This document shows, piece after piece, positions 1 to 9,719 of a stretch of 64,000 bases of DNA; within the stretch, counting starts at the first letter, position 1, and every line of letters starts with the position of its first letter. The position numbers and the translations under genes are program-made. Under the pieces are notes generated by a model that made no database searches, had not been told where the DNA came from, and saw only the letters and a list, made by a program, of their open reading frames with translations. Source of the stretch: Actinomycetota bacterium (GTDB lineage Bacteria; Actinomycetota; Actinomycetes; Nanopelagicales; Nanopelagicaceae); NCBI GenBank assembly GCA_009702835.1, contig WLHF01000001.1:10673-74672 (forward strand), in the 5' to 3' direction.

Positions 1-607
1 AGGCGCCGAGAATTTGAGCAGCAATAAATTTAGTGACGCACCCTGGTGCAATTCCAGCAAATGAATCTGAAAATACCCGCCCGATAGTTACCGCTGGATT
101 GGCAAAAGATGTTGAGCTTGTAAAGAAGTAGGCGCTACCAATCCATGAAGCCACAATGACTGGTATCAGATTCATCTTTTCTTGATGGATCATCAAATTA
201 ATAATCATAATCAGCCCGGCAGTAGCAACGATTTCGCCTAGATATTGGTTGCCGCCTGAACGAGCCTTTGTTGAGATCTCAATTAATGGGTGGCTAAACA
301 TTGCATTTGCCAATATTGCACCTGTTATCGCACCAGCTGTTTGAGCAATTACATACTGAATAAAGGTTAGAAAGTTAGTGCGCTTTTGAATCAGATCCAC
401 CATCGTCACAACAGGGTTAAAATTTGCCCCACTAATAGGCCCAAGAATTTGAATTAAAACGCCAAGACCAAAGACAGTTGAGATTGTGTTAATCAGCAGT
501 TGTACGCCAACATCTTCTGAAAGATTGGTGGCCATGATTCCTGAGCCAACAACAATAGAAAGTAGCAGGGCCGTGCCTAAGTACTCCCCTGCTACTTTCT
601 TAAACAT
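1..607 (-). CDS. MIP/aquaporin family channel (AqpS-like), 3' end runs off the window
   Basis: Not in ORF track. Read manually from ATG 607: MFKKVAGEYLGTALLLSIVVGSGIMA...ISGANFNPVVT...FTSSTSFANPAVTIGR; MIP NPx boxes and hydrophobic helices. Confidence 0.9.
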   Translation of the reverse strand, partial: MFKKVAGEYLGTALLLSIVVGSGIMATNLSEDVGVQLLINTISTVFGLGVLIQILGPISGANFNPVVTMVDLIQKRTNFLTFIQYVIAQTAGAITGAILANAMFSHPLIEISTKARSGGNQYLGEIVATAGLIMIINLMIHQEKMNLIPVIVASWIGSAYFFTSSTSFANPAVTIGRVFSDSFAGIAPGCVTKFIAAQILGA

Positions 608-610
608 GAA

Positions 611-1102
611 TTACGAAACAGCGATGATATCTACGACGAAGATCAATGTTTCATTAGGGCCGATTGGGCCTGAGCCATTGGGGCCGTATCCAAGATCGGC
701 TGGAATCACGAGCAAGCGACGTCCGCCAACCTTGGCACCTGGCAACCCTTGCTGCCATCCTGCGATTACACCAGAGAGAGGAAACGTTGCTGGCTGTCCA
801 CTAGACCATGAAGATTCAACGATTGCACCCTTTGACCATGTCATCAATGTGTAATGCACCGTAAGAGTTGAAGTTGCAACAACCTCTGTGCCATTACCAA
901 CGATGATGTCTTGTGTCTGCAATGTTGCAGGTGCGGCACCTGTTGGTGGTGTGATTATTGGAGCTTCACCTGCGTTAGCTGTTACCGCTGGAAGTCCTGC
1001 CGCTGCTGTATCTGCCACTGTATCTTTTCCTCCGCATGCAGTTAGGGATGTAATCGACAGCGCAATAATCGCTGCGATCGCTAGCCTCTTATGGATTTTC
1101 AT
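611..1102 (-). CDS. FKBP-type peptidyl-prolyl cis-trans isomerase, lipoprotein
   Basis: Lipobox LTAC; VHY...VIAGWQQGL...GGRRLLVIPADLGYG...IGPNETLIFVVD FKBP motifs. Confidence 0.93.
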   Translation of the reverse strand: MKIHKRLAIAAIIALSITSLTACGGKDTVADTAAAGLPAVTANAGEAPIITPPTGAAPATLQTQDIIVGNGTEVVATSTLTVHYTLMTWSKGAIVESSWSSGQPATFPLSGVIAGWQQGLPGAKVGGRRLLVIPADLGYGPNGSGPIGPNETLIFVVDIIAVS

Positions 1103-1111
1103 TCGTTTCCT

Positions 1112-2446
<1,335 letters not shown>

Positions 2447-3640
2447 CTAACCGATGAAGAGTGTTGGAAGTTTGCCTTCAAGGGCGGGGATAATCCCCCA
2501 CTGGCTGCACATCTCTTTATATCGCTGCATATCAATGGCTTCAGAGATTGCATCACTCTTTACTGCGCGGATCATTAGATTGCGGGGCGTGTGTTCGCCC
2601 CCAATAAATTCAATAACTTCAACTCGATATCCAGCCAGACGCAGAATTTGAGCCCGTAGAGAATCAGTTAATAAATCACCGAGGCGCTCTTTCATTAGTC
2701 CAAACTTGGTGAGTGCGCCCCAAGGTTCAGGGCTGGTATCCATCTGCGATTGAATATCGTGATGACAGCATGGGGCTATCAGTAGAAGTTTTGCACCGGC
2801 TATCACGGCCCAAGCAATCGCATCATCGGTAGCAGTATCACAGGCGTGCAGAGCGATTGCGACATCGGCCTGCTCGGCAGTTGTTGTAGCTATCTCTTCG
2901 GCGCGAAAATTAATAGTTGATGTGATCCCTAGGTTTTTGGCAATCGCATTATTGCGATCCCTTGAAGTCGTACGCACATCGATTCCAGTTATATTGACTG
3001 GGATACCAATACTGCGTAGATATTGATGCGCGGCAAAGGTTAAATAGGCGTGACCGCAGCCAAGATCGACTATTGATAGTGGATGAACATCAGTTGGTTT
3101 ATGAATCTGACCTGCATCAATTGCAGCATGTAACGTAGGAGCCAAGAGACGTAAAAACTCTTCAACCTGTAAGTACTTATCCTGCTTCGATGGCTTAATT
3201 ACACCTTTATGGTCGGCGATTCCAACCTCTACTAGAAAGGGATCGGTTGGCTCTAAGAGCCGTGCCTTCTTTTTATCGTGGTTCAGATTTTGCTCAAGTG
3301 ATTTCTTTTCAAAATGCACGTGGGCATCACCATTTTTACTGATTCGTAGCGACATTGATCCACTGGTGTACTCGACCAAGATATTGGCATAGCCACTTGA
3401 GAGTAACTCCATAATCTCATCGGCCTTAGGGACTATGTTTTTAACTGTTGTTGCACGAGAGTCATTGTGACTCATTTGCAGTTGAATCACGCCTTTGATT
3501 TCAACTGGGCGGATATCCAAGCGTTCAAACTCGGTCTGCATGTTGCGTCGTCGCCCGGATAAAACAACTCGCACGAGAGTGCTGGTATCTAGTATCTGGG
3601 TGCATGCATCTTTCAACGCAACTTCTAATAAGATTGCCAT
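2447..3640 (-). CDS. SAM-dependent methyltransferase (Methyltransf_32-like)
   Basis: IVDLGCGHAYLT motif I; ALHACDTATD and APCCHH motifs. Confidence 0.88.
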   Translation of the reverse strand: MAILLEVALKDACTQILDTSTLVRVVLSGRRRNMQTEFERLDIRPVEIKGVIQLQMSHNDSRATTVKNIVPKADEIMELLSSGYANILVEYTSGSMSLRISKNGDAHVHFEKKSLEQNLNHDKKKARLLEPTDPFLVEVGIADHKGVIKPSKQDKYLQVEEFLRLLAPTLHAAIDAGQIHKPTDVHPLSIVDLGCGHAYLTFAAHQYLRSIGIPVNITGIDVRTTSRDRNNAIAKNLGITSTINFRAEEIATTTAEQADVAIALHACDTATDDAIAWAVIAGAKLLLIAPCCHHDIQSQMDTSPEPWGALTKFGLMKERLGDLLTDSLRAQILRLAGYRVEVIEFIGGEHTPRNLMIRAVKSDAISEAIDMQRYKEMCSQWGIIPALEGKLPTLFIG

Positions 3641-3643
3641 GGT

Positions 3644-4387
3644 CTATTTAGGCGAAATTACCGCTGTTCCCTTTTCATGTGGATAGATGGTCAAAATATG
3701 GTTGGGAAGTGCTTTGACAAAGGCTTCGGCGAGTTCGCGCTCTCCTTGGCGATTAACATCATCGATAACGACCACTGCTCGCGCTGAGAGCCGATTAATT
3801 AACTCTGCTCGTGCAGGCTTGCGGGCATCAGGATTCTTAGATCCTGGTGGGCCATCAATAATGAGTAGATCAATCTTTTTTAGATCACTTAATTGTGTGG
3901 TGTCATACCAATCAACGCCTGAAATATGTGGCTTCAGTGCTGCGATACGTACCTCAACCCCACGGACTCCATGAGCCTTTAACATTGAACGTGTTTTGCC
4001 TGCAAACTCATCAGAGTTATCGATACTAATAACCTTCTTAGCACCAGCCTTTGCAACAATGAGAGTCGATACACCCGAGCCAAGCTCAACAACTAACTGT
4101 GGTTTATATCTACGCACTAAATCCACAAGTGTCAGGAGAAGATCAGGGGAGGCTGCCCAACTACGAGTCGGCGGAATCGGTGCGGTGAATTTAAGAAGGG
4201 CTATAAGTTGGTGCAAGGCCTCAACTTGGCGATATGACTGCCAGGTCTGCTCCTTTAACTCCTTAAAGGCCGCTGTGTTCTGAGAAGTTGCTTTGCTAAG
4301 CCTGCGGTGGAGTGCGCGTAAAGAGCGTACGCAGTAGGCAAGACCAACGATAATTACTATCAGTAAAAATATTTGAAGTATCCGCAC
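3644..4387 (-). CDS. Membrane-anchored class I SAM methyltransferase (Methyltransf_24-like)
   Basis: N-terminal TM, helical linker, VVELGSGVST, IDLLIIDGPP, VVIDD. Confidence 0.82.
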   Translation of the reverse strand: MRILQIFLLIVIIVGLAYCVRSLRALHRRLSKATSQNTAAFKELKEQTWQSYRQVEALHQLIALLKFTAPIPPTRSWAASPDLLLTLVDLVRRYKPQLVVELGSGVSTLIVAKAGAKKVISIDNSDEFAGKTRSMLKAHGVRGVEVRIAALKPHISGVDWYDTTQLSDLKKIDLLIIDGPPGSKNPDARKPARAELINRLSARAVVVIDDVNRQGERELAEAFVKALPNHILTIYPHEKGTAVISPK

Positions 4388-4396
4388 TGCTTTAGT

Positions 4397-5548
4397 CTAA
4401 GTGCGCGGAAGTTGAACTTCAATCGCCAAACCGCCTAGATCACTCTTTCTTAATGTGAGCGCACCCTTATGTCGCTCTACGACGGCGTTCATAATGCTTA
4501 GGCCAAGGCCACTGCCACCAGTTTCGCGTGAGCGGGATCGATCAAAGCGCTTTAAGCCTTGGATTTTCTCACCATAAGAATCGGCCGGTAGACCAGCACC
4601 ACCATCCTCAATTATTAATTTAATATCTTTGCCACCTTTAAGTGTTATTCGTACCGGAGCATCATGTGGTGCATGAACTCGAATATTTGTCAGGGCGTTA
4701 GTTATAAATCTTTGAAGGTACTTCTCTGATCCATCTAAAACCACATCCTTATCGATTAATAACTCAATAGCGTGGCCCGAAGCGACACCTACAAAATCAT
4801 CAACACTCTCGCTAAGCAATTGCGAAAGATTAAGGGCTGAAAACTCTCCACCCTCTTCCTCACCAAGTTCGGCTAGAATTAAGAGGTCACCAATCAGAGA
4901 CTCCATACGTTTGATTTCGCTATTGAGCCGAGTAAAGGCCTGCACCTCACGATCGCCCTCTAACTTATTACCCTCTAAGAGCTTGGCATATCCTTTAATT
5001 ACCGTGAGTGGGGTGCGTAGTTCGTGTGCAGCATCGCCCAAGAACTCTTGCATCTTTTCGCGTTGTGTGCGCTCGAAGGCAAGGGCGGTTGATCGGCTAA
5101 TAAGTATCGATGCAAAAGATGCGACTATGTTAGTAAAGATAATAAAGATTAATAAGCGCCAGAGGTTTTTCCGTAAACTATGATCGATATCAGTAAGTGA
5201 TGACGCAATCACTAACTTCTCGCCGGCTTGAAGTGGAATATTACGAACCCTTAACTTCTCTTCTCCTCCAATGACGGCTTTTCTCGACTCTTTTAATGTT
5301 GCAGTCTCACCATTTGGCGTCATAAATGCAACTGTTAGATCAAAACTATTTTGCTCAACGCTAAGTAGCGCTGCGGTAATCGGATTATCTGGGCTTTGTG
5401 CGACGTCTAAGGCAACCGTGTTTAAATGCTCATCTATTATTCCAGTTTCAGATTCATACGAACCCCACACTGCAAAACCACCAATAAGAATTGAGAGCAT
5501 CGATGTAACTATGGCAGTTGCAAGAATCTGCCGCGTTTTACTCTTCAT
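4397..5548 (-). CDS. Sensor histidine kinase (HisKA/HATPase, 2 TM)
   Basis: DAAHELRTPLT H-box; N box; DGGAG; GSGLGLSI. Confidence 0.93.
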   Translation of the reverse strand: MKSKTRQILATAIVTSMLSILIGGFAVWGSYESETGIIDEHLNTVALDVAQSPDNPITAALLSVEQNSFDLTVAFMTPNGETATLKESRKAVIGGEEKLRVRNIPLQAGEKLVIASSLTDIDHSLRKNLWRLLIFIIFTNIVASFASILISRSTALAFERTQREKMQEFLGDAAHELRTPLTVIKGYAKLLEGNKLEGDREVQAFTRLNSEIKRMESLIGDLLILAELGEEEGGEFSALNLSQLLSESVDDFVGVASGHAIELLIDKDVVLDGSEKYLQRFITNALTNIRVHAPHDAPVRITLKGGKDIKLIIEDGGAGLPADSYGEKIQGLKRFDRSRSRETGGSGLGLSIMNAVVERHKGALTLRKSDLGGLAIEVQLPRT

Positions 5549-5553
5549 AAACC

Positions 5554-6237
5554 TTACTTGGGTTCCTGAATCTGGAAACCTACGCCGCGAATAGTCTTGA
5601 TTCCCTCAAAGCCATCTCTGTGAAACTTCTTACGTAGATATGAGATGTATGTGTCTGTCACAGTACTCTCAGATTCAAAGGTGATGCCCCAGACTTCATC
5701 CAGAAGTAGCTTCTTACTTAAAACTCTCCCCTTTCTTTCCATCAAGATCTGCAGGAGTCGATACTCAGTAGGTGAAAGATCGATCTCTTCACCGTTAAAG
5801 CTCACACAATGCTGCTCATCATTAATGGTTATAGGTCCGCAGGTCAGCAGAGTTGGGGCCGTCGTAGATTTATAGGAGCGACGCAAGATCGCTTTAATTC
5901 GCAGCACTAACTCTTCGATTCCAAAGGGTTTAATAACATAGTCATCGGCACCGATCTTTAAACCCCGAGCAATATCACTCTTATCATCGCGGGCAGTGAG
6001 CATGAGTACTGGCGTTAAATCATTTGTAGTACGAAGCCGCTCAACAAGTTCAAAGCCATCCATTAGAGGCATATTGATATCAATGACCATAAGCGCGGGT
6101 TTGTTAGTGCGCAGAAGTGTTAGGGCAGACATTCCGTCGCTTGCCTCAATAGTTTCAAATCCGGCGATACTCAACGTATCGCGCAGGAGCGCACGGACCC
6201 CTGGCTCATCATCGACGATCATTATTAACTCGGCCAC
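5554..6237 (-). CDS. OmpR/PhoB family response regulator (PhoP/TcrX-like)
   Basis: IVDDE, DINMP, GADDYVIKPF, winged helix TYISYLRKK...TIRGVGF. Confidence 0.93.
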   Translation of the reverse strand: MAELIMIVDDEPGVRALLRDTLSIAGFETIEASDGMSALTLLRTNKPALMVIDINMPLMDGFELVERLRTTNDLTPVLMLTARDDKSDIARGLKIGADDYVIKPFGIEELVLRIKAILRRSYKSTTAPTLLTCGPITINDEQHCVSFNGEEIDLSPTEYRLLQILMERKGRVLSKKLLLDEVWGITFESESTVTDTYISYLRKKFHRDGFEGIKTIRGVGFQIQEPK

Positions 6238-6297
6238 CTCCCTACTCTTTCACGAGTAGGCGCAGTTGCCAATCAAATACTGGACTAATGAGGTGTT

Positions 6298-6314
6298 TCA
6301 CAGAGAAAGCACAA
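6298..6314 (+). promoter_or_regulatory. Putative OmpR/PhoP-type direct-repeat box
   Basis: TCACAG (6298) and GCACAA (6309), 11-bp period, lying -39 to -23 from ATG 6337. Confidence 0.45.
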
Positions 6315-6336
6315 TGAATTACGTCATCATTGAGCA

Positions 6337-6774
6337 ATGAGATTGAGGCGCTCGGTAGGGCCAGCCCTTGCAATGATTATTGTTACTGCCCCTCATTCAT
6401 TTGCCGATGCGACTCCTACTCCTACTCCGATAGCTGTAACGGCAATGGAGCAATATAGAGTTGCAATGGGTCAGTATCGAACTGCTATGAATGCACGTGA
6501 ACAAATCCGAAAAGAGATTAATAAGATTTTTATCGCGGATTGCCGTGTCGCTAACGATCTTGCAAAAACAGCAATGAGTACAGCAAAAACCGCCGACGCT
6601 AAATCCACAATCCTAGTTCAACAAAAAACTGCAATTGCCTTGGCTACCTCTACTCGAGATGCCGCAATTGCGGCAATGGGCCCTGCCCCAACAGAGCCAC
6701 TTAAACCGGTAAAGCTCTCTGAAATTACACCACTTAAGAACGGTAAAAGCGTCAAGCCAACTCCTAGACGATAA
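6337..6774 (+). CDS. Secreted Ala/Thr-rich helical hypothetical protein
   Basis: Signal peptide ending SFA-D, PTPTP linker, helical Ala-rich body, Pro/Lys tail. Confidence 0.75.
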   Translation: MRLRRSVGPALAMIIVTAPHSFADATPTPTPIAVTAMEQYRVAMGQYRTAMNAREQIRKEINKIFIADCRVANDLAKTAMSTAKTADAKSTILVQQKTAIALATSTRDAAIAAMGPAPTEPLKPVKLSEITPLKNGKSVKPTPRR

Positions 6775-6848
6775 ATCGTTACGTAAAAGTTGATTTTTCT
6801 ATCACACTCAATTATCTGAATTCTCAACTAACTGGCACAATACGCACT

Positions 6849-7754
6849 ATGGAATCTACGACGACATGGGTTGTAACAATCGCGGTTTTAGCCGGTGTAA
6901 TAATCTTTGATTTATTGATTGCTGTGCTGCGCCGTAACAAGCCCACATCAATCATCGAAGCCGCCTTTTGGACCGTGTTCTACATCGGCACAGCCATCGT
7001 TTTCGGAGTCTTTCTTCCGAACTGGTCTAGTGCAACTGGACAAAAAGAGTTTTTTGCTGGCTGGTTAACAGAGTATGCGCTATCAGTTGATAACATCTTT
7101 GTATTTATTATTATTCTCACGCATTTAAAGGTGCAAAAAGAAAAACAGCAGCTGGTTTTGCTCCTCGGAATCATGCTCACTATTGCAATCCGTGGACTAC
7201 TAATTCCACTAGGCGCAGCACTTATCTCGCGCTTTGCCAGTATTTTCTTCCTCTTCGGAGCATTCCTTATCTATACCGCCTATACATTGGTAAAAGAGAA
7301 TGAAGATGATGAATGGAAAGAGGGTCGTGTCGTTTCTGCCTTAAAGGCACGGGGATTTAGTACTTTTACGATTGCATTAGTGGCCTTGGGTCTTACAAAC
7401 TTAGTCTTCTCACTTGATTCTATCCCAGCGATTTTTGGACTTACTAAAGATCCATACATCGTCACAACTGCCAACATTTTTGCTCTCATGGGGCTGCGTC
7501 AGTTGTATTTCTTACTTGAGGGCTTACTTGCCCGATTGATCTATCTTTCTAAGGGGCTCTCATTTATCTTGGCATTTATCGGAGTCAAAATGATAATGGA
7601 GGCTTTTCACGGAATCGGAGTCGATGAAATCGCAGGCTTTCATATTCCAGAGGTCTCACTTGAGGTCAGTCTTGGTGTGATAGTTGCAAGCTTGCTAATC
7701 ACAACAGTTGCAAGCTTAACTGCCACTCGTAAAGATGGAACCGAGATTATTTAA
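6849..7754 (+). CDS. TerC/Alx family metal homeostasis membrane protein
   Basis: EYALSVDNIFVF, FSLDSIPAIFG, TANIFALMGLRQLYF. Confidence 0.92.
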   Translation: MESTTTWVVTIAVLAGVIIFDLLIAVLRRNKPTSIIEAAFWTVFYIGTAIVFGVFLPNWSSATGQKEFFAGWLTEYALSVDNIFVFIIILTHLKVQKEKQQLVLLLGIMLTIAIRGLLIPLGAALISRFASIFFLFGAFLIYTAYTLVKENEDDEWKEGRVVSALKARGFSTFTIALVALGLTNLVFSLDSIPAIFGLTKDPYIVTTANIFALMGLRQLYFLLEGLLARLIYLSKGLSFILAFIGVKMIMEAFHGIGVDEIAGFHIPEVSLEVSLGVIVASLLITTVASLTATRKDGTEII

Positions 7755-8092
7755 ACTACGTTTTTGCGCTTTCGTACCGTATCTCGAGCATAATCCTTAG
7801 TCCGTTCATGAATCTTTCGTATCTGCAGTGCAAATACCTTTATTGCGCTATCAAAGGCGGCAAGATTATTGAACTCAGTTGCCTCTGATTTAATAAGTGG
7901 ACCAGCTCCATGTGAAGTCAAAATGACACGGTGGGCGTTTTTCCCTTGACGAGGGTTAGCTTCATGAAGAACTTCAACCTCAACGCGTTCAATTACAACA
8001 CTGAAACGCTCCATGGAGTTGAGTTTTTCTTCGACAATTGCTCGGAAGTCTTCGGCTAGATCTGCATTACGGGTATGAATATGAATCTTCAT
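7751..8092 (-). CDS. hpf: Ribosome hibernation factor HPF/RaiA family (short form)
   Basis: MKIHIHTRN...FRAIVEEKL...HEANPRQ...AAFDSA...QIRK; S30AE N-domain only. Confidence 0.8.
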   Translation of the reverse strand: MKIHIHTRNADLAEDFRAIVEEKLNSMERFSVVIERVEVEVLHEANPRQGKNAHRVILTSHGAGPLIKSEATEFNNLAAFDSAIKVFALQIRKIHERTKDYARDTVRKRKNVV

Positions 8093-8094
8093 AC

Positions 8095-8478
8095 TTAGAA
8101 GGGTAGTACGAAAACCACCGCTGTCGCTATAGATGCCAAGAGAAGAGATTTTCCGAGAATCTTGAGCGCAGTTGCTCTATCGGCCGCCCTGTCGAGTGGG
8201 TCGCTCACGCGAGAGATATCGCCGAGCTTGCCAAGATTGAATGTGCCGGCAAAGCCATAGGCCAGACAAAACTTATTGCGCGACTGCACATAACCAATCG
8301 ATGCAACCATGAGCGGAAGAAAGATCGCCAAGCGAGCCTGAGGTTGAGCATTAATAGAAATCAAGCCTGATAATGAAATCAACGAGAGAACTAATCCGAC
8401 GAGTGCGACTACTTGACGGCGACGTACTTCGCTCTTACCAAGGTTGCAGGTACCTGGGATATATGTTGCATCAGACAT
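8095..8478 (-). CDS. Hypothetical membrane protein
   Basis: Likely start MSDATYIPGTCNLG (ATG 8478 overlaps upstream stop); 3 hydrophobic segments, FCxxxG motif. Confidence 0.75.
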   Translation of the reverse strand: MSDATYIPGTCNLGKSEVRRRQVVALVGLVLSLISLSGLISINAQPQARLAIFLPLMVASIGYVQSRNKFCLAYGFAGTFNLGKLGDISRVSDPLDRAADRATALKILGKSLLLASIATAVVFVLPF

Positions 8479-8620
8479 CTTCATACTCATCTTCATCGAT
8501 CCAGGCATTGGCGCTCGTGTCCTCTTGATGTTCTATCCATGAGAGAAAAGATCCAACGGCGCGAAAGGCCAATAGAGCCACAGTAACTGCGGCAAATAAA
8601 CGGCGAATCGCTTTAATCAT
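8471..8620 (-). CDS. Small single-pass membrane protein (49 aa), acidic tail
   Basis: Not in track: MIKAIRRLFAAVTVALLAFRAVGSFLSWIEHQEDTSANAWIDEDEYEDV*; fills the gap, overlaps next start (ATGTCTGA), TATTTT 6 nt upstream. Confidence 0.7.
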   Translation of the reverse strand: MIKAIRRLFAAVTVALLAFRAVGSFLSWIEHQEDTSANAWIDEDEYEDV

Positions 8621-8654
8621 GTGCTAAAAATACTCGCTATTGCTCGAAATTTCT

Positions 8655-9710
8655 CTAGATAGAAGCAAGGGCCAGATTGATGTCGTTCCAAAGATCATCA
8701 ATGTGCTCACAGCCAACCGATAATCGAATGAGCTGCTCGGGCACTGAAGCGCTCTCCATCGGCCATCGGCGACGGCGCTCCCACAGCGATTCAACACCTC
8801 CAAGGCTGGTTGCATGGGCAATCAACTTCGAAGATTCACATACTTTTTGCGTCTGCTCGGCCGTACCATCTACCTCAAAGGAGATGATCGCCCCAAAGCC
8901 GGGATAGCGCACGCGAGTAATCTTTGGATGAGAGCCAAGTTTTGCAACAAGGCCTTGAGCGTTCTCCTGAGATTTATAAAAGCGCAGTGGAAATGTGCGC
9001 AGGCCACGAAGTGCCAGCCAACTCTCAAATGGCCCTGGAATAGAGCCGTTAAAGCTCCGTGCATCGTGGAGTCGCTTGAGAAGGGCAGGATCATTTGTAG
9101 AGAGTGATCCCATGAGTACATCACTATGGCCAGAGAGAAACTTAGTTACAGAGTGCATAACAATATCTGCACCCATTGACAATGGAGTCTGCACAAGAGG
9201 TGTTGCAAAAGTGTTATCGACTCCTACTCCAATTCCGAGTTTCTTAGCTGCGCCAATTAACGTTGTTAAATCTGCGACATCTAAACCTGGATTAGTCGGG
9301 GATTCAAGCCACACTAAGGCCGCACCATCCATCGCATCGATGACTGACTGTGTATCGAGCACATCAACAAAGCGAACCTCTAAACGTCCACTCTCATGAA
9401 AAGAGTTCAGTAAAACCATGACTCCGCTATATCCCTGATTAGATGCAACCACAGGTGCACCTACTGGCAGAATTGAAAAGACTGCGCTAATCGCCGCCAT
9501 TCCAGATGAGAAAACTAAAGTTGGTCCGCCTTCAAGTGCCCCGATAGCATCTTCAAGTGCGCTCCATGTTTGATTCCCATATCGTCCATAACCAATCTCT
9601 CCACCTGCATGAAATGTCGAAGTTAAAACTACTGGCGGATTTAGAGCGCCATCGGGTGTCAGGCTAGGCCGACCCGCTGTGATAGCCATTGTTTCAGGGT
9701 GTTGGTTCAT
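8655..9710 (-). CDS. metB: Cystathionine gamma-synthase/lyase (Cys/Met metabolism PLP enzyme)
   Basis: YGRYGN, FSSGMAAI, ESPTNP, VDNTFATP, HSVTKFLSGHSD, TSLGGVES, RLSVGCE. Confidence 0.85.
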   Translation of the reverse strand: MNQHPETMAITAGRPSLTPDGALNPPVVLTSTFHAGGEIGYGRYGNQTWSALEDAIGALEGGPTLVFSSGMAAISAVFSILPVGAPVVASNQGYSGVMVLLNSFHESGRLEVRFVDVLDTQSVIDAMDGAALVWLESPTNPGLDVADLTTLIGAAKKLGIGVGVDNTFATPLVQTPLSMGADIVMHSVTKFLSGHSDVLMGSLSTNDPALLKRLHDARSFNGSIPGPFESWLALRGLRTFPLRFYKSQENAQGLVAKLGSHPKITRVRYPGFGAIISFEVDGTAEQTQKVCESSKLIAHATSLGGVESLWERRRRWPMESASVPEQLIRLSVGCEHIDDLWNDINLALASI

Positions 9711-9719
9711 GCACTAAGC

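Noticed and set aside
6775-6848. yybP-ykoY Mn riboswitch upstream of terC
   Set aside because: AT-rich and unstructured; the gene appears leaderless (CACAAT+7).
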